The notes: generated by a model not told the origin, from the sequence alone. Shown: positions 17,103-25,289, counted from the first letter of the stretch. The stretch is 25,289 nucleotides of DNA from a virus (IMGVR_UViG_2531839265_000001:1-25289), one strand, 5' to 3'. Numbers and translations: made by a program.

Positions 17103-18136
17103 CGCGCCAATCTGTGCAATCCAGAGCTTCGAAGGTGCGGCCCCGTTCTTCTGGGTCCAGCGGTTCGAATAAACCTCCCCCATGAGTTCCCACAGCTTCC
17201 ACGCCGTTTCCGTCGCTGATAAATCCGTTTTCACGTTCCCACTGCTCACGTGCTGCCCGAATTTCCTGAACTGCCCGTGATGCGGTGCCACCTGGTGCTG
17301 CTGCATGGTTTACTCCCTTGCTGACTGGTTTAACCTGCGCCCTGACGTGATTTACGTGACGGGCGAATTTCTGCTCCCACTGAATCTGTGTAAACACTTT
17401 GCCCTCATCACTCCAGTAATCCCGGAATGCGGCAAGTTCAGCAGGTGTAAATTCTGGTTCCGGCAAAGCCATCCCCCACAACGCAGCCCGCCGTCGAAAA
17501 TCCGGCGACGGATACCAGTCATCGGTCATCGGAAATTTTCCGATGGGCTCTCTCAGGCCATCCAGGAATACAGGGGACGCCGCCTGTAACGACAAAACCT
17601 CCCGCTCACTGGTCGGAGCACTCTCGCGTGCGTTATGTGTGGGGTTTAGATCTTTGGGTTCCTTTGGGTTCCGTGATCCGTTTTTGGGTGTCTTTAATGG
17701 AAAATTTGGATCTCTTTGGTTGTTTTTCATGCAGCAAAGAGTTCCGTTTTTGGGGCTGTTTTGTGCTGAAACATAACCATTTTCGGTACTGTTTTTATTA
17801 ACAGCACCAATTTTACCCACCTTTAAAGACTCCCATTTTTTGGGTGTATTCAGGCTCGGCAACACTTTCTTCTACGCCGATAAGTCGGTACACCACAATT
17901 TGCTTTGTTCTGCCTTTTCTCTCACCGGTATCAACAATTAACCCAATCTCCATCAGGTGTCGTAAGCTGTCCTGCACAGTCTTTTTGTTCAGTTCCGTTA
18001 CTTCTGCCAGTGCAGATACAGACGGGTATGCACACAAATCGGCACCGCACATATCAGCAAGCCAGGTCAATACTGACTTACTGGATGAACTGCCGGTTTT
18101 CACCTTTTTAGCCCATCGTAGTGCATCGATACTCAT
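17095..18136 (-). CDS. replication initiator: N-terminal HTH domain and C-terminal DnaT-like domain, apparently split at a T6/A6 run (17836-17841)
   Basis: Track ORF 17813..18211 has an HTH domain (MSIDALRWAKKVKTGSSSSKSVLTWLADMCGADLCAYPSVSALAEVTELNKKTVQDSL). ORF 17095..17865 has a Pro/Lys/Asn-rich linker and IGKFPMTDDWYPSPDFRRRAALWGMALPEPEFTPAELAAFRDYWSDEGKVFTQIQWEQKFARHV, matching the E. coli DnaT C-terminal domain. Removing one A from the run fuses the frames; two separate genes cannot be excluded. Confidence 0.5.
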
Positions 18137-18659
18137 ACGAACCCCAGACAGATATTTGTTTATCTGCAAAGTAATGTTGGTATTGCTGACGATACGCGTG
18201 CTTGAAAGCAATAGCTTTTTCTATAAGCTCGTCAGTCTCACGTTCCACAACAGCTGGATCCGCAAAAAGCAGCCCGGACTCCACCACATCGCCATATTCT
18301 TTGTTTAACCCGGCGATCATGTACGTAATGCTTTTTCCGTCAGTAATTTCACAATACAACCTGAAATCGCTGATCCGGATAGCCTCCATAATTGCCGGAA
18401 TCAGCGCCGTGAATTTTTCCCGCTTATCCCTGGTGTCGATAGCTTTCCAGCGTTCAAATATTTTCACCCGGTTAACGCCCAGTGCCCGTTGATCAACCGC
18501 GCCATCATCAAACGTGACGCGTTGAACATCAATGTTCGGGCGTTCTTTCAGAGCCCAGAATGCTTCCGTGATTAATATCGTCGCCTGCTCCTGTGTCATT
18601 CCTAGTCGGCATACCCAGGTATCCAGAGCCTCACAAACCTGTTCAGGGGTGATTTTCAT
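18108..18659 (-). CDS. hypothetical protein (183 aa) at the cII position downstream of dicC
   Basis: Track ORF; ATG at 18659 overlaps the last codons of dicC. Confidence 0.45.
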   Translation of the reverse strand: MKITPEQVCEALDTWVCRLGMTQEQATILITEAFWALKERPNIDVQRVTFDDGAVDQRALGVNRVKIFERWKAIDTRDKREKFTALIPAIMEAIRISDFRLYCEITDGKSITYMIAGLNKEYGDVVESGLLFADPAVVERETDELIEKAIAFKHAYRQQYQHYFADKQISVWGSYEYRCTTMG

Positions 18660-18873
18660 TGTTCAACCGCCCCGCCCGCTTTGCCTTACGATATTCGTCA
18701 TAAACTTTTGGGTCGTACTGAAGTTCCCCGCCGGATGCCTCTTGCAGGCGCATCGCGCGACCTTCAGGAACTAGATCCCCTTTCCAGCTATAAAGCGAAG
18801 CCAAACGAATACCAGCAGCTTGTGCAAGTTTTGTTTTTGAACCGAAATACAAAAGCGCGTCAGTTTTAAGCAT
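18643..18873 (-). CDS. dicC: Cro-like repressor DicC
   Basis: MLKTDALLYFGSKTKLAQAAGIRLASLYSWKGDLVPEGRAMRLQEASGGELQYDPKVYDEYRK... matches remembered E. coli DicC; divergent from dicA. Confidence 0.8.
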   Translation of the reverse strand: MLKTDALLYFGSKTKLAQAAGIRLASLYSWKGDLVPEGRAMRLQEASGGELQYDPKVYDEYRKAKRAGRLNNENHP

Positions 18874-18883
18874 TTAAAGCACC

Positions 18884-18934
18884 TTGCCTGTTAGTCATGA
18901 CTAACAAAATAGATGTTAACAAAAACATAGTCAA
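18884..18934 (-). promoter_or_regulatory. dicC promoter with operator: -35 TTGACT (18934-18929), -10 TATTTT (18911-18906), 16-bp perfect palindrome GTTAGTCATGACTAAC (18890-18905)
   Basis: 17-nt spacing; the palindrome sits between the -10 and the dicC start. Its left half is also overlapped by a plus-strand TTGCCT at 18884-18889. Confidence 0.55.
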
Positions 18935-18956
18935 TAAGATTTAGCATTAGCTAACT

Positions 18957-19363
18957 ATGGATACAAAAATTTAACCATTGGCGAACGCATTAGATATCGC
19001 CGAAAAAACCTCAAATACACCCAAAGGTCTCTTGCTAAAGCCTTGAAAATTTCTCATGTGTCGGTTTCACAATGGGAACGGGATGATAGCGAACCTACAG
19101 GGAAGAATCTTTTTGCACTTAGCAATGTACTGCAGTGCTCGCCAACATGGATTCTATTTGGCGATGAAGACAAGCAACCATCACCACCTATTGAGGATCC
19201 AGTTACTTTATCCCCCAAAGAACACGAGCTCCTTGAACTTTTTAATGCATTGCCTGAATCAGAACAGGACGCTCAGCTCACCGAGATGCGCGCCCGAGTA
19301 AAAAATTTCAACAAACTCTTTGAAGAATTATTAAAAGCCCGTCAACGAACAAACAAAAGATAA
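18957..19363 (+). CDS. dicA: CI-like repressor DicA (HTH_XRE), N-terminus broken by a 1-nt frameshift in an A5 run at 18965-18969
   Basis: Track ORF 19043..19363 plus in-frame upstream text ...NLTIGERIRYRRKNLKYTQRSLAKALKISHVSVSQWERDDSEPTGKNLFALSNVLQCSPTWILFGDED... matches DicA. ATG at 18957 reads MDTKI-stop as given; one extra A gives MDTKNLTIGER.... Confidence 0.8.
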
Positions 19364-19423
19364 CACAATCAATGTGTTATCTTTTTTGTTGCTAAAAATG
19401 TTAGCCATAACAAACAAAAACAC

Positions 19424-19452
19424 TTGACCACGCTGTTAGTCATGACTAATCT
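19424..19452 (+). promoter_or_regulatory. early-left promoter with second operator copy: -35 TTGACC (19424-19429), palindrome GTTAGTCATGACTAAT (19435-19450), -10 TAATCT (19447-19452)
   Basis: Operator lies within the 17-nt spacer, the classic arrangement for repressor occlusion. Drives ydfA, ydfB, dicF and dicB. Confidence 0.55.
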
Positions 19453-19529
19453 TATTTACATCAAGACACCGCACGGTGTTCTCAGCAAACAGTTCCGCTC
19501 CCCCGGCGTTAAGGGGAAATGAGGTCAAC

Positions 19530-19682
19530 ATGGATACTATCGATCTTGGCAACAACGAATCTCTGGTGTACGGCGTGTTTCCCAACCAGGACGGCACATT
19601 CACCGCGATGACGTATACCAAAAGCAAAACGTTTAAAACCGAATCTGGCGCGCGTCGCTGGTTAGCCAGAAACACTGACTGA
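19530..19682 (+). CDS. ydfA: YdfA-like small protein (50 aa)
   Basis: GAGGT RBS then ATG: MDTIDLGNNESLVYGVFPNQDGTFTAMTYTKSKTFKTESGARRWLARNTD. Confidence 0.55.
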   Translation: MDTIDLGNNESLVYGVFPNQDGTFTAMTYTKSKTFKTESGARRWLARNTD

Positions 19683-19693
19683 TGAGGTTGGCG

Positions 19694-19900
19694 ATGGAAT
19701 TTAAAGATTTACCTCCAGACACTCAGAAAATCGCCGCAGAAACACTGAAATCTCTCATTTTGGACGGGGGGACAGAAAAGGTAGAGCCAGCTAAAAAAAA
19801 CTGGCTCAAGAAATCAGAGAAGCCTTTATTGCTCTTTATCAGTCTTCTCCATAGCGGCTTGTTTTTCTTCTTTCAATATATTGCGAATTGTAATAACTGA
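19694..19900 (+). CDS. ydfB: YdfB-like small protein; ORF extends to 68 aa, the 3' third overlapping a convergent minus-strand gene
   Basis: GAGG RBS then MEFKDLPPDTQKIAAETLKSLILDGGTEKVEPAKKNWLKKSEKP.... Confidence 0.45.
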   Translation: MEFKDLPPDTQKIAAETLKSLILDGGTEKVEPAKKNWLKKSEKPLLLFISLLHSGLFFFFQYIANCNN

Positions 19901-20011
19901 ATTGGCCGCCTCTGAAGGGGATGACATTTTGCCAGCCCGAATTAACTCAACTGTTAAGTTCAAAGCTGCAACAGATGGATAGGTAAATGGGTTAATTAAC
20001 TTGTCTGACAT
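19826..20011 (-). CDS. small protein (61 aa) with strong RBS, convergent with and overlapping the ydfB-like ORF (possibly YdfC-like)
   Basis: GGAGGA RBS, then MSDKLINPFTYPSVAALNLTVELIRAGKMSSPSEAANSVITIRNILKEEKQAAMEKTDKEQ. ATG at 20011 chosen over the track GTG at 20083. Confidence 0.5.
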   Translation of the reverse strand: MSDKLINPFTYPSVAALNLTVELIRAGKMSSPSEAANSVITIRNILKEEKQAAMEKTDKEQ

Positions 20012-20334
20012 TTTATCCTCCATTGAGGTTACTGGTTGAGAATGGAGACCACACGTGACAGCGTGTTGTCGTGCGCCGGACACGGATAAGAATCCGGCAC
20101 TGACAGTTTACTGAAAGGATATATCCCTGAAAAGTCAGGGCATAACGCGAAAGCGCACGGCGGAGGTGTCTTTTCCTTAGAAGGCTTGTCGTTAGATTTC
20201 TTCGATTGTGCGCTTCCGGTTGTGGCACTCCGCGAAATGGCGCGGCGGTAAGTATGGCGGGGTTATTCCTTCCCCGTTGAGGACACCGGGTTGTCAGGTT
20301 GACCATACGCTTAAGTGACACCCCCGCTGCAACA

Positions 20335-20400
20335 ACCCATGTTGATTACCTTTTGGCGGGTATCCGTTTTTGTTTTCCCTTGTGATACCCGCCCTTTTTA
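20335..20400 (+). ncRNA. dicF: DicF-like small RNA (terminator hairpin 20355-20393 plus T-run)
   Basis: Sits between ydfB/C and dicB as in Qin. TTGGCGGGTATC...GATACCCGCCCTTTTT parallels the remembered K-12 DicF 3' end, and the flanking AAAGTGAATTTTGTGATG text matches the K-12 dicF-dicB spacer as I recall it. 5' end unknown. Confidence 0.4.
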
Positions 20401-20582
20401 AAGTGAATTTTGTGATGCGGTGAATGCGGCTCAGCGCACGCGGAACAGTTAAAAAGGCCAGTTGGCTTCCGTATTGGTTCTTATGGGTGGGTTCTCTGTA
20501 TCCGGCGTTAATTGTTAACTGGTTAACGTCACCTGGAGGCACCAGGCACCGTATCACAAAATTCATTGTTGAGGACGCGATA

Positions 20583-20765
20583 ATGGAAACGTTATTACCA
20601 AACGTTAATACGTCTGAAGGTTGTTTTGAAATTGGTGTCAGAATCAGTAACCCTGTATTTACTGAAGATGCCATTAATAAGAGAAAACACGAACGGGAGC
20701 TATTAAATCAAATATGCATTGTTTCAATGCTGGCCCGTTTACGCCTGATGCAAAAAGGACGCTGA
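20583..20765 (+). CDS. dicB: cell-division inhibitor DicB
   Basis: GAGGA RBS then METLLPNVNTSEGCFEIGVRISNPVFTEDAINKRKHERELLNQICIVSMLARLRLMQKGR, nearly identical to remembered E. coli DicB. Confidence 0.85.
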   Translation: METLLPNVNTSEGCFEIGVRISNPVFTEDAINKRKHERELLNQICIVSMLARLRLMQKGR

Positions 20766-20767
20766 CA

Positions 20768-20971
20768 ATGAATACAGCATTTGCTCTCGTTCTGACAGTT
20801 TTTCTTAATACAGGCGAGCCAGTCGATCTTGTTATTGGTATACATGACTCAATGAAAGAATGCATGGCTGCCGCAGCGGAACAGAAAATTCCTGGCAACT
20901 GTTATCCGGTTGATAAAGTTATTCGCATGGACAATAACGAAATCCCGGCAGGACTTAAAACAGCACCGTAA
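20768..20971 (+). CDS. ydfD: YdfD-like small secreted protein (DUF1482-like)
   Basis: MNTAFALVLTVFLNTGEPVDLVIGIHDSMKECMAAAAEQKIPGNCYPVDKVIRMDNNEIPAGL with an N-terminal hydrophobic segment. Confidence 0.65.
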   Translation: MNTAFALVLTVFLNTGEPVDLVIGIHDSMKECMAAAAEQKIPGNCYPVDKVIRMDNNEIPAGLKTAP

Positions 20972-21051
20972 TTAATATCCGGTTTCATTTTTATATGCCA
21001 GCAATGGCAGGGATTTGTTCACCCTTAAATCTGTAATGAGGTTAAAACAAA

Positions 21052-23523
21052 ATGAGTAAAGTCTTTATTTGCGCCGCCATTCCGGACGAACAGGCAATAA
21101 AGGAAGAAGGGGCAGTCGCTGTAGCCACTGCCATTGAAGCCGGTGACGAACGTCGCGCCCGTGCCAAATTTACCTGGCAATTCCTGGAGCAATATCCGGC
21201 TGCTCAGGACTGCGCTTATAAATTTCTTGTCTGCGAGGATAAACCCGGCATGCCCCGCCCTGCCATCGACTCCTGGGATACCGAATATATGCTGGAAAAC
21301 CGCTGGGATGAGGAAGGCGCTTCCTTTGTCCCGGTCGAACCAGAATCCGATCCGATGAACGTCAATTTTGACAAGCTGTCCCTTGAAGTACAGAACGCGG
21401 TCCTGGTTAAGTTCGGTACATGTGAAAACATCACCGTTGATATGGTGATTAGTGCACAGGAATTGTTGCAGGAGGACATGGCAACATTCGACGGGCATAT
21501 CGTTGAGGCATTGATGAAAATGCCTGAAGTTAACGTCATGTATTCAGAACTAAAGCTGCTCGCCATCGGGTGGGTTAAACATAAATGTAAGCCGGGTGCA
21601 AAATGGCCTGAGATCCAGACAGAATTACGCACCTGGAAAAAACGTCGCGAAGCCGAACGCAAGGAAACCGGGAAATACACGTCTGTTGTTGATCTTGCCC
21701 GCGCCAGAGTCAACCGACAGCACACTGAAAACTCAGCAGGAAAAATCAACCCCGCCACTGCCGCCATTCGTCGCGAATACAAGCAGACATGGAAAACGCT
21801 GGATGAAGAACTGGCCTACGCTCTGTGGCCTGGCGATATTAATGCCGGAAACATTGACGGCAGCATCCATCGCTGGGCAAAAAATGAAGTTATCGACAAA
21901 GATCGCGAAGACTGGAAGCGCATTTCCGCATCAATGCGCAAACACCCCGATGCCGTTCGCTACGACCGTCAGACTATTTTTGGCCTTGTCCGTGAGCGTC
22001 CGATCGACATTCACAAAGATCCCGTGGCACTGAACAAATACATCACTGAATACCTGGCGACAAAGGGCGTGTTTGAAGATGAAGGAACAAATCAGAGCGC
22101 AACTGATACTCTCTCGTCGCCAGTACCAGAAACTGATGCAGTGGAAACGGCAATTCCGGACAACGAAAAAATCGAATGCAAAGTGGAAGTCGAACCATCT
22201 GTAGAGCGTGAGGGGCCGTTCTACTTCCTCTTCACAGATAAGGATGGCGAAAAATATGGTCGTGCAAACAAACTTTCTGGTCTGGATAAGGCGCTGGCTG
22301 CCGGGGCTACTGAAATCACGAAAGAAGAATATTTCGCCCGCAAAAACGGTACATACTCAGGTTCACAACAAAATACTGGTGCATCTGACACGACCGCACA
22401 ACCAGAGCCGGTAAAAGTTACCACTGACGAAGTAAACAAAATTATGCAGGCAGCCAATATCAGCCAGCCTGACGCCGATGTACTGCTTGCAGTATCACGT
22501 GGTGAATTTGTTGTAGGGGTTAGCGATCCGAATGATCCGAAATGGGTGAAGGGGATTAAAACCCGCGATTCTGTGAACCAGAACCAGCAAGAAACAGAAC
22601 AGAACGACCAGAAAGCGGAACAAAACAGCTCAAATGCGTTACAAAACGAGCCAGAAACGAAACAGCCTGAACCAGAAGAGCAACAAGAACCGGAAAAAGT
22701 CTGTACCACCTGCGGTCAGACCGGCAGCGGTAACTGCCCTGATTGCGGCACTGTGATGGGCGACGCAACATACCAGGAAACATTCGATGAAGAGAATCAG
22801 GTTGAAGTTCAGGAAAATGATCCGGAGGAAATGGAAGGCGCTGAACATCCACACAAGGAGAACCCTGGCGGCAATCAGCATCACGCCAGCGATAATAAAA
22901 CTGGCGAGGCGACAGATCCCTTAATTAAGGTGAATGGTCATCATAAGCTCACATCCACCAGCAGAGCGGGGATTCATCTGATGATCGACCTTGAAACCAT
23001 GGGAAAAAATCCCGATGCCCCGATTATCTCAATAGGCGCAATATTTTTCGATCCACAAACCGGAGATATGGGACCGGAATTTAGCAAGACCATCGATCTG
23101 GATACTGCTGGCGGAGTCATTGATCGTGACGTCATTAAATGGTGGCTGAAGCAATCACGTGAAGCGCAGTCTGCCATTATGACCGATGAAATCCCGTTAG
23201 ATGATGCACTACTGCAATTGCGGGAATTTATCGACGAAAACTCCGGTGAATTTTTTGTTCAGGTCTGGGGTAATGGGGCCAACTTCGACAACGTGGTTTT
23301 ACGCCGTTCATACGAACGACAGGGTATCCCCTGCCCGTGGCGCTACTGCAACGATCGCGATGTACGCACAATCGTTGAGCTGGGGAAAGCCATAGACTTC
23401 GATGCCAGAACGGCTATTCCATTCGAAGGTGAGCGCCATAATGCACTTGATGACGCTCGTTACCAGGCAAAATACGTTTCAGCTATCTGGCAAAAACTGA
23501 TCCCGAGTCAGGCTGATTTTTAA
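21052..23523 (+). CDS. large YdfE-like protein (823 aa) with C-terminal DexA-type DEDDh 3'-5' exonuclease domain
   Basis: GAGGTT RBS. C-terminal about 180 aa carry DEDDh motifs IDLETMG, WGNGANFD and HNALDDARY and resemble T4 DexA. Upstream are a CTTCGQTGSGNCPDCG zinc-ribbon-like motif and a Q/E/N-rich acidic linker. N-terminus MSKVFICAAIPDEQAIKEEG... matches the truncated YdfE of K-12 as I recall it. Confidence 0.7.
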   Translation: MSKVFICAAIPDEQAIKEEGAVAVATAIEAGDERRARAKFTWQFLEQYPAAQDCAYKFLVCEDKPGMPRPAIDSWDTEYMLENRWDEEGASFVPVEPESDPMNVNFDKLSLEVQNAVLVKFGTCENITVDMVISAQELLQEDMATFDGHIVEALMKMPEVNVMYSELKLLAIGWVKHKCKPGAKWPEIQTELRTWKKRREAERKETGKYTSVVDLARARVNRQHTENSAGKINPATAAIRREYKQTWKTLDEELAYALWPGDINAGNIDGSIHRWAKNEVIDKDREDWKRISASMRKHPDAVRYDRQTIFGLVRERPIDIHKDPVALNKYITEYLATKGVFEDEGTNQSATDTLSSPVPETDAVETAIPDNEKIECKVEVEPSVEREGPFYFLFTDKDGEKYGRANKLSGLDKALAAGATEITKEEYFARKNGTYSGSQQNTGASDTTAQPEPVKVTTDEVNKIMQAANISQPDADVLLAVSRGEFVVGVSDPNDPKWVKGIKTRDSVNQNQQETEQNDQKAEQNSSNALQNEPETKQPEPEEQQEPEKVCTTCGQTGSGNCPDCGTVMGDATYQETFDEENQVEVQENDPEEMEGAEHPHKENPGGNQHHASDNKTGEATDPLIKVNGHHKLTSTSRAGIHLMIDLETMGKNPDAPIISIGAIFFDPQTGDMGPEFSKTIDLDTAGGVIDRDVIKWWLKQSREAQSAIMTDEIPLDDALLQLREFIDENSGEFFVQVWGNGANFDNVVLRRSYERQGIPCPWRYCNDRDVRTIVELGKAIDFDARTAIPFEGERHNALDDARYQAKYVSAIWQKLIPSQADF

Positions 23524-23584
23524 TGTTCAACCGTCGCCAGTTGTCGTTGGTATTCTGCAACTGGCGCGTTCCGGAGTGATAGCC

Positions 23585-24940
23585 ATGAGCGAACAGTACC
23601 TGATAACGCTCGATGAGTGGAAGCCAAAACGGTTCAGTCTCCCAATAACAAACACTACCCTGGTGAAATACGGAAAACTAGGATACATCGTTCCAAGACC
23701 ACAAAAAATTCGTGGGCGTTGGCTGATAGATCGCCGAGCAGTATTTGTTGGACCTGGTGAAACAGGAATTGCGCCGGAAATTCATACTGGCGATGATGAT
23801 GCACTGAAGGAGATTTTAACTCATGTCACCGAGGCCACGAAAAACAGCACTGACGTAGCCGGACTTTACGAAAAATTTGATCGCAGAACTGGCAGAGTTT
23901 ACTACCAGTATAAAAACCCTGTGACTGGAAAATTTCACGGGCTCGGAACAGACAAAGGTAAGGCAGAAAAAATCGCTTCCACAGCCAATCAGCGAATAGC
24001 TGCAGCAGAGGCTGAATATTTCATGCGCAAAATTGATGAAAGTCCGTCAGCAACAAAGCGTCGGGGTATCAGATTAAAGGCATGGGTTGATCGATATCTG
24101 AAAATACAGGACACGCGACTGAAAAATGGAGATATTGCAGCTACAACTCACAAAGAAAAAGCCAGAATGGCTGCATACCTGGTTTCCCGTCTGGGAAACC
24201 ACCCATTGAAAGAACTGGAAGTAAGAGACTTTGCATTAATACTGGATGAGTGGCTGGATAAAGACATGGTCAGCACAGCGAGAGTAAATCGTGGATTATG
24301 GGTTGATATTTATAAAGAAGCACAGCATGCAGGGGAAGTTCCTCCTGGATGGAATCCTCCGGAGGCTACCCGTAAACCGATCCCTAAAGTAACTAGAGCC
24401 AGGCTCACCCTGGAAGACTGGCAAAAAATTTACAACGCAACGCCTGAAAAACACTTTATCCGTAACGCAATGCTTCTTGCGATTGTTACTGGTCAGCGCC
24501 GTGATGACATTTGCCACATGCGTTTTTCAGATGTGTGGAACGAACACTTGCATATCACCCAGGGAAAAACCGGAATGCGTCTGGCGTTACCGCTTACACT
24601 ACGCTGTGATGCCATTGGGATAACGTTAAAAGAAGTTATTGATGGGTGCCGAGACAGAATATTAAGTCCATATCTAATCCATAGTCGGCACCAGAAACAA
24701 CCAAAGCCGATGAGTAAAGACAACCTGAGCGACTACTTTGCCAAAGCACGGGATCTGGCTGGGATAACTCCACCAGCAGGAAAAACTCCGCCAACATTTC
24801 ATGAACAACGCTCCCTGTCAGAACGACTGTACCGCGCGCAGGGTATTGATACAAAAACATTACTGGGACATAAAGTCCAGGCAACCACCGATCGTTATAA
24901 CGATACTCGTGGTCAGGAATGGGTTAAATTGGTTGTTTGA
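23585..24940 (+). CDS. excisionase-like segment fused in frame to a lambda-family tyrosine integrase; the fusion is probably caused by a missing base in the A5 run at 23840-23844
   Basis: N-terminal about 85 aa (MSEQYLITLDEWKPKRFSLPITNTTLVKYGKLGYIVPRPQKIRGRWLIDRRAVFVG) are Xis-like. The rest aligns to lambda Int (YEKFDRRTGRVYYQYKNPVTGKFHGLG ... HEQRSLSERLY ... LGHK...DRY.DTRG.EW). An out-of-frame ATG at 23823 reads MSPRPRKTALT-stop; with one extra A it becomes MSPRPRKNSTDVAGLYEKFDRR..., a typical Arg-rich Int N-terminus overlapping the xis end. Confidence 0.75.
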   Translation: MSEQYLITLDEWKPKRFSLPITNTTLVKYGKLGYIVPRPQKIRGRWLIDRRAVFVGPGETGIAPEIHTGDDDALKEILTHVTEATKNSTDVAGLYEKFDRRTGRVYYQYKNPVTGKFHGLGTDKGKAEKIASTANQRIAAAEAEYFMRKIDESPSATKRRGIRLKAWVDRYLKIQDTRLKNGDIAATTHKEKARMAAYLVSRLGNHPLKELEVRDFALILDEWLDKDMVSTARVNRGLWVDIYKEAQHAGEVPPGWNPPEATRKPIPKVTRARLTLEDWQKIYNATPEKHFIRNAMLLAIVTGQRRDDICHMRFSDVWNEHLHITQGKTGMRLALPLTLRCDAIGITLKEVIDGCRDRILSPYLIHSRHQKQPKPMSKDNLSDYFAKARDLAGITPPAGKTPPTFHEQRSLSERLYRAQGIDTKTLLGHKVQATTDRYNDTRGQEWVKLVV

Positions 24941-24985
24941 CGAAATAAATACAGCTGAAAAATGTTGATATTGCTTTGCTAGTGT

Positions 24986-25008
24986 AAAAACCCCGGCATC
25001 AACCGGGG
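24986..25008 (-). terminator. rho-independent terminator after the rightmost gene
   Basis: A5, CCCCGG-CATCAA-CCGGGG hairpin; T-run on the minus strand. Confidence 0.55.
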
Positions 25009-25016
25009 TTCGGAGA

Positions 25017-25220
25017 CTAATCTTGATCAGGTTCCTGCTTAGAATAATGTTTTCCAACAATAAATGCCGTAACCAATGCAACAAGATCTATTGAAACGAG
25101 AGTTCCGGCAAGAACTGTCTCCCCCATGACGCCAAAGACAGTGGCAGCTAAGATGATCAATATTGCCAACCAAAAAGCCTTTGTTTGACCATCTCTGGCA
25201 ATATCAATGCTATCAGCCAC
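25017..25220 (-). CDS. small two-TM membrane protein (67 aa), possibly host flank or att-adjacent cargo
   Basis: Track ORF (GTG start) MADSIDIARDGQTKAFWLAILIILAATVFGVMGETVLAGTLVSIDLVALVTAFIVG...; followed by a terminator. Confidence 0.35.
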   Translation of the reverse strand: MADSIDIARDGQTKAFWLAILIILAATVFGVMGETVLAGTLVSIDLVALVTAFIVGKHYSKQEPDQD

Positions 25221-25289
25221 TGTTTTATGGCGATGAGCCTGCTCTTTTCGGTCAACTCAACAAGTCGATTTGCAAGCCCAGGCACCAGT

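Noticed and set aside
21134-23395. Several overlapping track ORFs on both strands within 21052..23523
   Set aside because: All are nested in or antisense to the single 823-aa frame that carries the exonuclease motifs; none has independent support.
21052-23523. Large protein as a RecE (exonuclease VIII) homolog
   Set aside because: Position matches RecE in Rac, but the catalytic domain shows DEDDh motifs like T4 DexA rather than the lambda-Exo-like fold expected for RecE.

Overview
This window reads as the right-hand ~25 kb of a lambdoid prophage of the E. coli Qin/DLP12 type, lying in inverted orientation, with no single obviously novel system but several unexplained cargo genes. From left to right: terminase large subunit (runs off the left edge) and Nu1 small subunit on the minus strand, a cos region, a lysis cassette (holin, small membrane protein, M15 endolysin), three phage-borne tRNAs (Gly-UCC, Thr-UGU, Ile2/CAU), a cargo island (AT-rich membrane protein, decayed IS10-like element, AraC-family regulator), Q antiterminator with an adjacent late promoter and terminator, a nin region (RusA, YbcO-like protein, a hok toxin and a Doc-family toxin pair), a replication module (HTH/DnaT-like initiator and lambda P-like loader), the immunity switch (dicC/dicA with a 16-bp palindromic operator present twice), an early-left operon (ydfA, ydfB, DicF-like sRNA, dicB, ydfD, an 823-aa YdfE-like protein with a DexA-type exonuclease domain), and excisionase plus integrase at the right end. 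A striking technical feature is that at least six genes are interrupted by one-base length changes in A/T homopolymers, which looks more like a sequencing or assembly artefact than biology; I cannot distinguish the two from sequence alone. All homology statements come from reading the translations against remembered protein families, not from a database search. Coordinates of starts are by eye and may be off by a few codons.
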